Shown here: in pieces, positions 1-10,700 of the stretch
Layout of the letters: each line of letters begins with the position of its first letter
How positions within the stretch are numbered: position 1 is the first letter of the stretch
Notes under the pieces: generated by a model
Databases searched by the model: none
What the model was told of the DNA's origin: nothing
The model's input: only the letters and a program-made list of their open reading frames with translations
Assembly: GCA_016207165.1 (NCBI GenBank)
Contig: JACQQD010000009.1
Coordinates: 32,001 to 96,000 of the forward strand
DNA: 64,000 nt
Origin: Candidatus Micrarchaeota archaeon
GTDB lineage: Archaea; Micrarchaeota; Micrarchaeia; Norongarragalinales; Norongarragalinaceae
Reading direction: 5' to 3'
Position numbers and translations under genes: made by a program

Positions 1-18
1 CACGAGGCCGATCCGCGT

Positions 19-324
19 ATGAGCGCGTACCGTCCCCCGGAGCCGGCTGGCCCTGTCCGCGTGCGGTTGCCGCGTCCTGGCGAAATCGTGGGCGTCGTCA
101 CGGAGCTGGTCGGCGGCGCGCGCATGCGGGTGCAGTGCGAGGACGGAAAGGACCGTTTGGCGCGGGTGCCTGGAAAGATCCGCCGGCGTATTTGGGTTCG
201 GTCCGGTGATTACGTGTTGATCAAGCCGTGGTCGGTGGAAGGCGATGAGAAGTGCGACATCGTGTTCCGTTACACGAAAGTCCAGTCCGACGCGCTTCGG
301 GCCAAAGGGCATTTGAAGATGTAG
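19..324 (+). CDS. eif1a: Translation initiation factor aIF-1A
   Basis: OB-fold motifs VRLPRPGEIVGVV, RVPGKIRRRIWVRSGDYV, CDIVFRYTK; adjacent to RIO1 as is usual in archaea. Confidence 0.95.
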   Translation: MSAYRPPEPAGPVRVRLPRPGEIVGVVTELVGGARMRVQCEDGKDRLARVPGKIRRRIWVRSGDYVLIKPWSVEGDEKCDIVFRYTKVQSDALRAKGHLKM

Positions 325-348
325 GTTGGCGGGAGACGGCTTTTTTTC

Positions 349-1101
349 ATGGCGCGGCGGTTGTCCAAACGGAAGCGTCCAAGGCTGGAGGACAAACCCC
401 AAAAAGAACGCAATCCCATCGCGCACCGCGTGTTTGATGACAAGACCATCGACGTCCTTCTGCACTTGTTGAACAACGGCGTGATTTCCTCGCTGGATTA
501 CCCGGTTTCCTCTGGAAAGGAAAGCATCGTGTTTCGCGCCACGACGCCGGAGGGCTTTGCGGCGGTCAAGATCTTCAAGTACGAGACGTCGGCGTTCCGC
601 CGATTCGCCGAGTACCTTGAAGGCGACCCGCGTTTTACCATGAAGCCGACGCTGCGCGCGCGGGTGCAGGTGTGGGCGAAAAAGGAGTTTCTCAACCTCA
701 AGACGTGCCACGGCGTGGGGGTGCGCGTGCCGGAGCCTTTTGCGGTCCGCGAGAACGTGGTGGTCATGGAATTCATTGGAGAAAACGGCGTGGCCGCGCC
801 TAGGCTTGAAGCAATCACTTTGGAGGATCCCCAAGCCGTGGCGGAGGATTTGGTGTTTCAGGCGTCGAAAGTGTACCGGGAGGCGCGCATCGTGCACGCG
901 GATTTAAGTTCGTTCAACGTGCTTTTTGCGGAGAAGCCGGTTATCATTGACTGGGCGCAGGGCGTGTCGGTACGCCACCCGCGTGCCGAGGAGTTTTTGG
1001 AGCGGGACGCGCGCAACGTGGCGGCGTTTTTCAGTCGGCAGAAAGTGGATGTGGATTCAAACGCGGTTCTGTCCGCGATCCGCGACGGCCAGGGTTTATA
1101 A
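349..1101 (+). CDS. rio1: RIO1-family Ser/Thr kinase
   Basis: SSGKESIVF, AVKIFK, VHADLSSFNVL, IIDWAQ motifs. Confidence 0.95.
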   Translation: MARRLSKRKRPRLEDKPQKERNPIAHRVFDDKTIDVLLHLLNNGVISSLDYPVSSGKESIVFRATTPEGFAAVKIFKYETSAFRRFAEYLEGDPRFTMKPTLRARVQVWAKKEFLNLKTCHGVGVRVPEPFAVRENVVVMEFIGENGVAAPRLEAITLEDPQAVAEDLVFQASKVYREARIVHADLSSFNVLFAEKPVIIDWAQGVSVRHPRAEEFLERDARNVAAFFSRQKVDVDSNAVLSAIRDGQGL

Positions 1102-1124
1102 GTTTCGCATTCGTTAAGTCGCTT

Positions 1125-2150
1125 ATGCGCGCGGGACTGGCTTTGGTGTTGTTGGCGGCGTTTTCCGGGGTTTTCGTCCAGTCCGAGGCCCTGGAGTGCA
1201 CGGACTTTCTGACGTTTAACTTTCAGGGCGCCGCGAAGGTGCCCGAGAACGCGTTTGACTACAATTCGTCGGTGCTCGCGTTGCGCGTGAGCTCGGGCCG
1301 CGAGCAGGCGTTTAACTTTTCAAACGTCAGCCACAAGTATTTCTACGTGTCCTTGGAGGACTACGCGTTCCGAAGTTCCAAGTCCGGGGACGTGTATTAC
1401 CAGAACACGGCGGGCAACGACCCCCGGAACTACTATTTTTCGGTGTGGAACGCGTCGCGTGTCCCTTGGTTTTGTGGCGAGGAAAAATTGGCGGACTTGA
1501 CGGTGTCCACGGAAACGCTTTCCGGCCGGTTTTATTCCGCTGACGGCGCATTGCTTCCCATTGCCGACGTGTTGGTGGTGGGTTTGGAGACGCCGTTTGA
1601 CGGCGCTTTCCTGGTCACGGATTATGCGTCGACCGGCAAAATTTACGTGGTGGCCGATGCCGGCCAGGACGTGTTGCAGAAAGGCTACTTGCTGTATGAC
1701 GCCGGCAACAACCAGTTTTTCGCGTCGGCGTTCAAGTCGCTTCGGTTCCGCGTGCCTTCGGATCCGGCGACGTTCTGCCGCAACTACGCGGGGTATTGTT
1801 TGGACGCTTCAGGCGCGCACGCCGACGCGTGCCTGAACGCGAGGAATTTGGAGCAGTTCTTCTGCAACAAGGGCGCCTGCATTTCCAACGTGACGGCGTG
1901 CACGGGCGCGTGCGAAGTGGGGTTGTGCGTGGCGGCGACTCCGACGCCGTCGGTTCTGCCGTCCGTCACCGTGGCGCCGACGTTCGTGCCCACCTTTGAG
2001 CCCACGGCGTCCGTGGTGGCGCCCACGGCGGCTCCGGCTGCTTCGGCGCAAACCGATTCGGGTTTGCTGGTTCCCATCGTCGTTGTTTTGGCCATTGGCG
2101 GCATCGCGTACTACTTTTTGTTCATGAAGAAAGCCCCGAGAGGGTTGTAG
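1125..2150 (+). CDS. Secreted, C-terminally anchored surface protein with Cys-rich module and Pro/Thr linker
   Basis: Signal peptide; DACLNARNLEQFFC...CTGACEVGLC module; PT-rich linker; TM helix and basic tail ending PRGL. Confidence 0.8.
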   Translation: MRAGLALVLLAAFSGVFVQSEALECTDFLTFNFQGAAKVPENAFDYNSSVLALRVSSGREQAFNFSNVSHKYFYVSLEDYAFRSSKSGDVYYQNTAGNDPRNYYFSVWNASRVPWFCGEEKLADLTVSTETLSGRFYSADGALLPIADVLVVGLETPFDGAFLVTDYASTGKIYVVADAGQDVLQKGYLLYDAGNNQFFASAFKSLRFRVPSDPATFCRNYAGYCLDASGAHADACLNARNLEQFFCNKGACISNVTACTGACEVGLCVAATPTPSVLPSVTVAPTFVPTFEPTASVVAPTAAPAASAQTDSGLLVPIVVVLAIGGIAYYFLFMKKAPRGL

Positions 2151-2154
2151 TTTC

Positions 2155-2814
2155 ATGGCGTTTGTGGTGTTGAACCTCAAAACCTACGTGGAAAGCACGG
2201 GACAAAACGCGCTTTTTTTGTTGGAGGCCGCGGCAACCGCTCGGACGAATCATTCCCTGGTTTTCTGCCCGTCGCCGTTGGATGCGTCCTTGGTGGCGCG
2301 GTCGCGGACCGGCGGCCAGCCGCTTTTGTTTGGGCAGTACGCCGACGCCAACTCGTCGGGCGCGTTCACCGGTTCCGCGCCGTTGGATCAATTCAAGAAA
2401 CTGGGTTTTGAGGGCACGTTGTTGAATCATTCGGAGAAGAAAATCCCCCATCCCCAGATCCAGAAAACCGTTGAGGCCGCCAAAAAGCTGGGTTTGAAGG
2501 CGTTGGTGTGCGCGGATTCAGTGGCCGAGGCGAAAAAAGTGGCGGCGTTTCGGCCTTGGGCGGTGGCCATCGAGCCGCCGGAACTCATTGGCTCCGGGGT
2601 CTCCGTGTCGTCGGTGCAACCCGAATTGGTTCGGGACGGCGTTTCGGCCGTCAAGGCCGTGGATGGATCCGTGAAGGCGTTCGTGGGCGCGGGAGTGTCG
2701 AATCGATCGGATTTCGTGACTTCCTTGCAGTTGGGAGCCGAAGGCGTTTTGCTTGCGTCCGCGTTTGCCAAGGCCAAGGACCCGGAGAAGTGGCTCAAGG
2801 ATTTCTTGGGTTAA
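2155..2814 (+). CDS. tpiA: Triosephosphate isomerase, archaeal type
   Basis: NLKTY, LLNHSE, AIEPPELIGSG, GAGVS, GVLLASA motifs; 219 aa. Confidence 0.95.
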   Translation: MAFVVLNLKTYVESTGQNALFLLEAAATARTNHSLVFCPSPLDASLVARSRTGGQPLLFGQYADANSSGAFTGSAPLDQFKKLGFEGTLLNHSEKKIPHPQIQKTVEAAKKLGLKALVCADSVAEAKKVAAFRPWAVAIEPPELIGSGVSVSSVQPELVRDGVSAVKAVDGSVKAFVGAGVSNRSDFVTSLQLGAEGVLLASAFAKAKDPEKWLKDFLG

Positions 2815-2953
2815 TCGTTGTGGTTTTCGAATCGTTGAATCATTTTTTGCTTTTCTTTTTCTGAACGCAAAGTGCCCCTGGCCGTTTTGTTTCCTCTCGT
2901 TTCAGGGGGCGTGGCTTTGGGATGCGTGGATTTTATGGGTCTACTTTTTTTCC

Positions 2954-4675
2954 TTACATTTTTTCCAGGGCTTCGATGCCCAATAGCTTGAGGCAAATGG
3001 AAAGCACGTTTTTCGTGTTGGAGGCGATGTGCAGGCGCTGGGTTTTCAGGGAGTCGCTTGCGCTCAATACGGGCGACGCGCCGTAGAATTGGGTGAATGC
3101 TTTGGCGACGCTTAACGCGTACTCGCACAAGGCGTGGGGTTGCAACGTTTCGGCGGTGTAGGTGACGGCTTCGGGGAACTCCGCCAGTTTTTTGAGTAGG
3201 TTTTTCTCGGACTGGTTCAAGTCCAGTTTCTTGGATGGTTTGGGAAGAAGGACGCCTGACTGTTTGTCTTTGGGGTTTTTGGTTTTCGTTTCTCTTGTTT
3301 TCGGGTTTGGCTTGTTTTGTTTGCCGGATTTTTCTCTGGCGTATTTTTCCAGGATGCTGGCGGCGCGCACGTGGGCGTATTGGATGTAGGCGGAGGTGTC
3401 GCCTTCGAATTGGACTTCGGCTTTGGGGTCAAAGGTGATGTCTTTTTCCAGGCGAACCTTCAAAACGCCGTATTTGAGGGCGGCGATGCCCACCGCTTTG
3501 GCGGTTTGTTTGGGGTTGCCGCTTTGCGATTTTTCCCGGACTTGGCGTTCGGCTTCCGCCACGACTTCTTGGATGACGTCTTCCAATAGGATGACTCGGC
3601 CTTGGCGCGTGGACATTTTTCCTTCGGCCAAGCGGATCAATCCGAATCCTTTGTGGTGGTAGTCTTCCGCGTATTTTCGCCCCATTTCTTTGAGCAGGGT
3701 TTGGAGTTGGCGGAAGTGGAGGTTTTGTTCGGAGGCGGTGATCACCCAGCTTTGCGCGAACGCGTATTTTTGCCATTTCCAGTCCGCCAACGCGAGGTCC
3801 GACGTGAGGTATACCGGCGTGTCGTTGCTGCGAAGCAGGACCGTGTTGGGCAAGCCGAATGGTTCAAGGACAGCGATGGTGGTGTCGTCCGGTTCTTTCT
3901 TGGCCAACCCCTTTTGGAGGGCTTCTTTGACGCATTTCCGCGCGTCGTTTTCCAAGGCGGTTTCCAGGGGGTATTCGTCGAAGGAGACGTCCAGCGCGTC
4001 GTAGTTTTTCTTGAAGGCCTTGAGGCTGAGTTCGCGGATTTCGGTGAGCTGTTTTTGGTGGTCTTGGATGTGTTCCAAGACGTTCCGGCTTTTTTCCTTG
4101 AGGGCGTCGTTGGAATCGATTTCCTTCTTGATTTTGACGTAGTATTCCAGGAGGTCTTTTTCGTCGCGGACTTTCGGCAAGTCCTTGAATTCTTCGATGG
4201 CCACGATGAGTTCGGCGATGTGGGCGCCCCGGTCGTTGAGGTAGTTCAATCGCACGACGTCTTTTCCAGTCCAGTCCAGGGCGTTGGCGCAGACGTCGCC
4301 GACGATGGTGGAGCGGATGTGCCCTAAATGCATGGGTTTGCCGGGGTTGGGTTGCGAGTACTCCAAGACCCATCGTCCTTTTTGCGGGGTTTGGGTACCG
4401 TAGTTTGGCGCCGCGGATTCCTCTAGCACGCGGGCGTAAAACGCGTCGGAAAAAAGCACGTTGGCGTACGGGCCGCTGGCCTTGACGGATTGAAATTCGG
4501 GGGGCAACGTCTTGGAGGCGATGTCTTGGGCGATGTCTTGGGGTGCCTTCTTCCGGGTTTTCGCGAGGGCGAAGCACGGAATGCTTAAGTCGGCTAGGTC
4601 CGGGTTCTTGGGCGTCTCCACCGGCGCGTCCACGGCCTTTTCCAGCTTGGTTTTGGCGTCTTTTAGGGCGTACAC
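2954..4675 (-). CDS. argS: Arginyl-tRNA synthetase
   Basis: EYSQPNPGKPMHLGH (HIGH), GKMSTRQG, YIQYAHVRAASIL, C-terminal LGIEALEKM. Confidence 0.96.
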   Translation of the reverse strand: MYALKDAKTKLEKAVDAPVETPKNPDLADLSIPCFALAKTRKKAPQDIAQDIASKTLPPEFQSVKASGPYANVLFSDAFYARVLEESAAPNYGTQTPQKGRWVLEYSQPNPGKPMHLGHIRSTIVGDVCANALDWTGKDVVRLNYLNDRGAHIAELIVAIEEFKDLPKVRDEKDLLEYYVKIKKEIDSNDALKEKSRNVLEHIQDHQKQLTEIRELSLKAFKKNYDALDVSFDEYPLETALENDARKCVKEALQKGLAKKEPDDTTIAVLEPFGLPNTVLLRSNDTPVYLTSDLALADWKWQKYAFAQSWVITASEQNLHFRQLQTLLKEMGRKYAEDYHHKGFGLIRLAEGKMSTRQGRVILLEDVIQEVVAEAERQVREKSQSGNPKQTAKAVGIAALKYGVLKVRLEKDITFDPKAEVQFEGDTSAYIQYAHVRAASILEKYAREKSGKQNKPNPKTRETKTKNPKDKQSGVLLPKPSKKLDLNQSEKNLLKKLAEFPEAVTYTAETLQPHALCEYALSVAKAFTQFYGASPVLSASDSLKTQRLHIASNTKNVLSICLKLLGIEALEKM

Positions 4676-4727
4676 CTATGGTTTCCTCATAAGGGTTTTT
4701 ATTGCTTCAAGCGGTTAGGTTCTCACT

Positions 4728-7700
4728 ATGCTGTCGGACCTCTTAAAGCCTTTTCTGAGGTTTTACTTTCTTTTGGAGGAACACTACTACAAGGGTTTGG
4801 AGGCCATCGAAGAAAAATTCAGTGTGCCGGTGTTTGATTCGTTTGTCGACCCGTTGGAGTCCCGAGGCATTCCCTCGTTTTTCGTCGTGATCTTGCTCTT
4901 TTTGTTGTTGGCCGGTTCCGCGTTGGTGGTGTTAACCCAGTCGCAGCCCGCGGGCCTCCAAGTGCTGGTGTATGGAAAGACCAGCTCGATTTCCGGCCAG
5001 CCCCTGGATGGCGCTTTGGTGGAGTTGTCCGATGAAACCGGGGTTTTGGACTCGCAAAAAACGCGTCGGGGCCTGGTGTCCTTTGAAAACCTGAAAAGCA
5101 AGGCGTATACTGTTCGTGTGACGAAAGAAGGTTTTGAGTCTGGGCAACGCGCGGCCAACCCGGTGGAATCCAACGTGGTCCGCTTGGAATTGTCCTGCCA
5201 GAACGCGCAAACCTGCGCGGAACTGGAGGCGTTGGCTCGCAGCGGTGGCGGCGGCGGGTCGGTGGCTACGTCGACGCCCAGGCCGCCGGGTTCCGGTGGG
5301 GGTTTAACGCCGGGACTCACGTTTAGCAACCCCGAAAACGGAGTGGATCCCGAATCCCCGGTGGGCCGACTCTTGATTTTGGTGCGGGACGAGGACGGCA
5401 ACTTGCTGGAAGGCAACGCGAAAGTCTACGATTCCAAGAGCGGGGCACTCATTGAAGACGTGCCGGTGTCGCAGGGCTCCGGAGTTTTGCCGAGTCTTCG
5501 CGTCGGGCGCAAGGTGTTCGTCAACGTCTTTTCAACGGGTTTTTCGCCGTTCTTGGGCAAGTCCAAACCTATCGTCATTGCGCCGGCCACCAACAAAGTC
5601 ACCGTGGTTCTGGAAGCCGGTGGCCCCACCCTGTCTTCCGGCGTTCGGGTGGTGGACCCCGAAAACGCGCCGGTTTCCGGTGCGCAGGTGTCCGTCTATT
5701 TGGCGGACCACTCCGAAGTTTTGTACTCGGATTACTCGGATGCCGAGGGCTTTGTCGAACTGGAGTTGGGCGAGGGATCCTATTTTGCCGTGGCGCGCGC
5801 CGAGGGATACTTGATGAATTATTCGCCCCGCTTTGAAGGCGGGGACACGGCGACCATTGTCTTGCCGCTGCGTGGCGGGGGGCCTGGTGGAGGCGGTTGT
5901 GACGGGCCGTGCGAGAATGAAGCGCATTTGAACGTTCACGCCGTGGATGACCTAGGTGTTGATGCGTCGTATGCCGACGTGGTGCTGCAGCAGAAAACCG
6001 ATTTTGGTTCCTGGTTTGTCGTGGAACCCGCCGAGTATGCCGGCGCTTCGGGCCGCGTTCTTTTCACGGGCTTGGTGCCCCAATCCCAAGTGCAAGTCAT
6101 CGCCACTCTTTACGATTTGAACGGCTCGGCGCAGGCGACGCTGGTTCAGGGGCTCAACGAGTTGGAAGTCGTTTTGTCCAAGCCGCCTTTCCAGGTGCGG
6201 GCGTATGCCGTTGATGCCTTGGCCAATGCGTACGTTTCCGACGCGCGCTTTGACGCCTTGGTCAACGGTGAATTGGTGGGGCAATGCCAGGGCAACGGTT
6301 GTTTGTTGACCGTGATTTCCGCGGAGAATGTTTACGTCAACGCGTCCGCGGACGGCTTCGTGTCGTCCGGAAACGCGTTTTACTTGTACGAAGGACTTGA
6401 CTCCAACGTCACCTTGTATTTGGTCAACCAATCGGCTTTGGAGGACGTGCACGTCCAGTGGCAGGGGTTGTATGGCTCCAACGGCCGGGAAGTCTCCGAA
6501 CTTCGCCCCGGCCGCATGTACGAGGCGCGTTTGCAGGTTTTTTCCAAGAACGCGGACGCCACCGGAGTCGTCTTGGACACGCAGAACGACGATGCACCCG
6601 TTTCCGGCCTGACGCCGAACGGTTTTGAGCAGAAGGGTTCGTACGCGGGTAGTTGTTTTGCCCAAGACGCCGACTTTGAGTATCCCCGGCAAGCGTGGGT
6701 GGACGTCAGGTACGCGGGAACCGTCAACGGCCAAGTGCAATTCAATTTCACGTTGGACCCCGACATCACGCTGGATGCCGCCACGAAGACCAAGGTCTTG
6801 GAATTGGCTTACCGCGCCTACGTGGTTCGCGGAAGCGATTACTTGCGTAATCCTTTTGACGCCTCGTTGTCCACGCGCCCGCACGAGGACCACCCGTCGG
6901 GCTGTTCCGGCCAGACGGCGGTCTACGTCCAGAACGTGACGGTCAAAAGCGATTCGACGACGTGCAACGCGTTGGGTTGCGTGACCTTGAACTTTAGGCA
7001 GGGCCAACGTTTTGCGCCCACTTTGTTTGAGGCGGACAACCAAGTGCTCTTCAATTCAACGAAACTGGATCCATTGTACGTGTTCTACACCGTGGAGTTT
7101 TTCTCTGGCCCCACGACGTCCACGCGTCTTGTGGCAGATTGGCCTGACAATCGTCTGGTGTTTATCAACGCCACGCACCCCGTGGTTGGCGACTCGGTGT
7201 TGGGCAACTCCAAGCGTTGCGAGTTCTCCGACGCCAAAAAACAGCGTTCCATCTCGCTTTGGGCCTCGTCTTTGGAACTGGATTTGAGGGATTTGGCTTT
7301 GTGTAGCAATTATGCGCCGCCCACGCGTTCTCGGCCTTTGCGGTTTGACGGCGTGGCGTACGCCCGTGCCTTGGAGGCGGGTTCCTCCGACGTGGCGCTC
7401 ACGCTGTCCAATGGCACCGACTCGGTGTCCCAGCCAGCGTCGTTTTCCGTGTCGGGCTTTGGCGTGGCTGCCAATGAATTCGGCATCGTGGAAGCCAGGC
7501 TCTCGCAGGTCCAGAACGCGTTGCCGGATGCCGCCGTGTTTCCCGTGTTGTCCACTGGCGAGTGCACGGCGGCGCAGGTGGCTGGAGGTACGTGCGACGT
7601 GGGTTTCGTTCAAGCGGATTACCGTTTCACGGCGTTATCCAATTCCGGTTTTCAATCCGACGTTCGTGCTTCCGACGGGTTGCAAGTGCATCAAAACGCG

Positions 7701-10700
7701 GCGCCCCAGGCCGCTTCGGCGGGTGCGCCGGGCACGGCCGTTGAGGGCCACGCGCTGTTGTTGGTTCCGGCCAATGAGGGACTTCAGTGGTTGAACATCA
7801 CCAAGTCTTTGGGCAACCAGGCCACCGTTCTTTCCCGCGTCATCACGTTGGATGGCGGCGTATCGTTTAACGGTTCTTCGCCATTCCCGCCGGGTTGGGA
7901 CACGTGCAACGGCTTCGTGGGAATCCAGTACGACCCTTCCAAGAATCCCAAGTTGTCGCTGGGCCAAGGGTGCAGCGATTTGGGTTTCCGCGTCACGCCC
8001 GTGTTTCCGGCGGACGCCGTGTTTTTGAACATGTCGATTCCCGATTTCGGCCGCGTCGTTGCACGCGCGGCGGCCACGGACGGGTCCCATGCATGCTATG
8101 AAGTCTGTGAAATTGACCGCAACGGCTTTGTCTATGGTTGCGAGGGCTTTGGGAAAAGCTTGTTTAACAACGTGCAGTACCTCGTCCGGTACAACCCCGA
8201 GTTGTTGGACGTTTGCCCGTCGGCGTACAAAGTCAAGGGCAACCGGATTGCCGCGTCGCAAATCACGGTGGAGTTCGCGTACACCGGCGACCAGGAAGCG
8301 TCGCGAAACGTGACGTTGCACGTGTTGGCGGACAATTCCGACAAGAGCCTCTACATTTCGCCGGTGTACACCTTTTATGGCTCCAGTTCGGAAGTGCTTT
8401 ACCCTCAGTTGTGGTCGGTGACCAACTACAAGCAACTCGGCAAGCGCAGCATCGTGTTCACTCAGCCTGGCAACATCGCCGTGTCTTTTGACGGTCCGGG
8501 AGTCAAGGTGTTCGCCGTATCCCAGGCGGGAACCGTTCAAGCGTTTGAGGGTTCGGACCGCTCTGCGCCGATTTTCGATTCCGCAAACCCCCAAAGCCCC
8601 GTCAAAACGGTTTCCAAGTACGGAGAGGCGTTGGCGTCCAGCCAACAGCAATTTGACGTGTCCACGCCGTATGCCGAAGCGTTGTCTTCGGCGTTGACGG
8701 AGTCGTTGTCCCAGAACGCGTTTCTTCAAAGCGAAGTCGCCGAAAAATTGAGTGCGTCGGTGCCGAGGGTGGCGGAGCGCACGGCGTATTGGCGCAGCAG
8801 CCAAGTCATTCGCTACTGCCAGCAGTCCCAGGCGTGCGTGGACTCGTATTACACGTTGGACGGCTGTTGCAAGGAATCCGTGGAGGACTGGAAGAATTAC
8901 ACGGTGCGCATCGATTACAGGCAAGAATCCTGCACGTTCTGCAACAACACGTTCAACCCGTCCTGCACCGACACGTCTCTGGAACACCTTCGAGGATACC
9001 TTCAATGCTCCTACGAGGCCACTCCTTCGTCCTCCTTCCAATGCGACCAGCGGTGCACGGCCAAGTCGTTGTTCCCGTTGGACGTGCAGCAGGGCATCGA
9101 CAACCAGTTGGGGGTGGGCGGCACCGGCATCACGTACGACGTGCTTCAAGGCAAGTACCTTTCGTACGGCGACTCCTTGGGCGGGCGCACGTGCCGCGTC
9201 GAGTTCTCTTCGCTCAATGCCTTCGTCAAGCAGGGCACCACGTTTACGTATTACTTGCCTTCGCAGCCCAAAACCGAGGTGCTCAAGGAGGAGTTGGAGC
9301 GTTGCTTGGCCAATGGCGATTGTCCGTTGACGCTCAAACCGTCGGCGAATCCCTCCCCGCTTCCATTTTTAGGGGCCCAACCGGCTCAACTAGTTCAATG
9401 CGTTTCCGATGCCAACCAGGACGGGTTGCATCAATTCAGCGAAAGCGTGGTGGACGCGTCTTGGCAGGTTCAATACCGGCAATTCGGGGGACAAATCGAC
9501 AAGGAGTTCTACAAGTGTCCGGCGGGACGCATTGCGGCGGTGGCGGAAGTCTCGTTTTTCTTTGAGGCGCGCCAGAACGGCGTGATTGCTTCCCGGACGG
9601 TGGCTACGGCGGCGGACATAGAGCGGTGCCGGCAAGGCACTTGTCCTTTTGTGGTCACGCCGCCCAACACGCCGGTTGTAGGAGGAGGCGTGCCCATTTG
9701 TTTTGCGGATTCCAATGGCAACGGTTTTGTTGAAACCAACCGGCAAAGCGAACTGAGTTCTTTACAACCTGCTGTGGCCTCCGGTTTCCAGGGCGGTGTG
9801 TACCAGTGTCCGTCCGGCACGCGGTTGGCCGTGGCGAATTTCTGCGTGTCGTCGTGCGAGAATTATTGTTCGGCGCCCAACTGCGACGCGTCGTTGGCGT
9901 GCCTTTCCAGCGGGGTCAAGAACGTGCCGACGGGCGGGACGGAACGCCTCTTCAACGGGTGGCTCAACGAAAGCCCGGTGGTGCCCGTGAACTTGGATGC
10001 GTCGCATTTGTCGCGTGGCAAACCCAATGTGCCGGCGGCGTGGTTTCCCGACGCGTTTTTGGAATCCGACGGAAAGCCTCTGTTCACGCATTCGTATGTG
10101 GTGAACTCCAAGACTCAGCCCAATTCGGTGGCGTCGTTAACCAAGGTGCTTTCCGTTCAGGGATGCGGGCCGGCGGGGGATTACCCGTACGACCAGACGC
10201 TTCTGCCGGAGCAGGGCCTATATGAAATCAGGGACTACAACGTGTTGGACGTCTCCGGTTCCACGTGGGTGGCTCAAGCCAATGCCGTGACGCTTTTGCG
10301 GCAGAATTACTTGGGGGACAAGTCGGCGGTGTGCCGCAAGCCCCAGTGGGATACGCAGTTGTGTGAGGTGTCGTTTGTGGATTCCTCTTCGCAGTACGGC
10401 GGGTGCTTCAACTCGATTCTGCAGTATCAGGGCTCTTCCAAGAAGTTGGGTGCGGACGTGCCTTTGGTGGGGGGTTTGGGTTACGGCGTCAAGAATGGCG
10501 TAGGCTTTGGCGTGGCGCCCAACGGGCACGCGTTTGCGTTGTTTGAGCCGGGATACGGCGAGGACAAGTGCGAGGACAAGAATAAAGTGCATTATGACTA
10601 TCAGACGTTGAACCACTGGAATCCGGATGGAAAAAACACGGGCGACCGCAAGTTCACGTGGCGGCAGGACTTGGGTTGCCACAGTGATTGCGGGTGCAAG

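Noticed and set aside
19-1101. aIF-1A next to RIO1 as a novel association
   Set aside because: A well-known conserved archaeal neighbourhood.
7635-9149. 504-aa minus-strand ORF and similar long antisense ORFs (5952-7043, 25642-26853, 33479-34402)
   Set aside because: Shadow frames opposite well-supported genes in GC-rich DNA; Arg/Gly-rich with no motifs.
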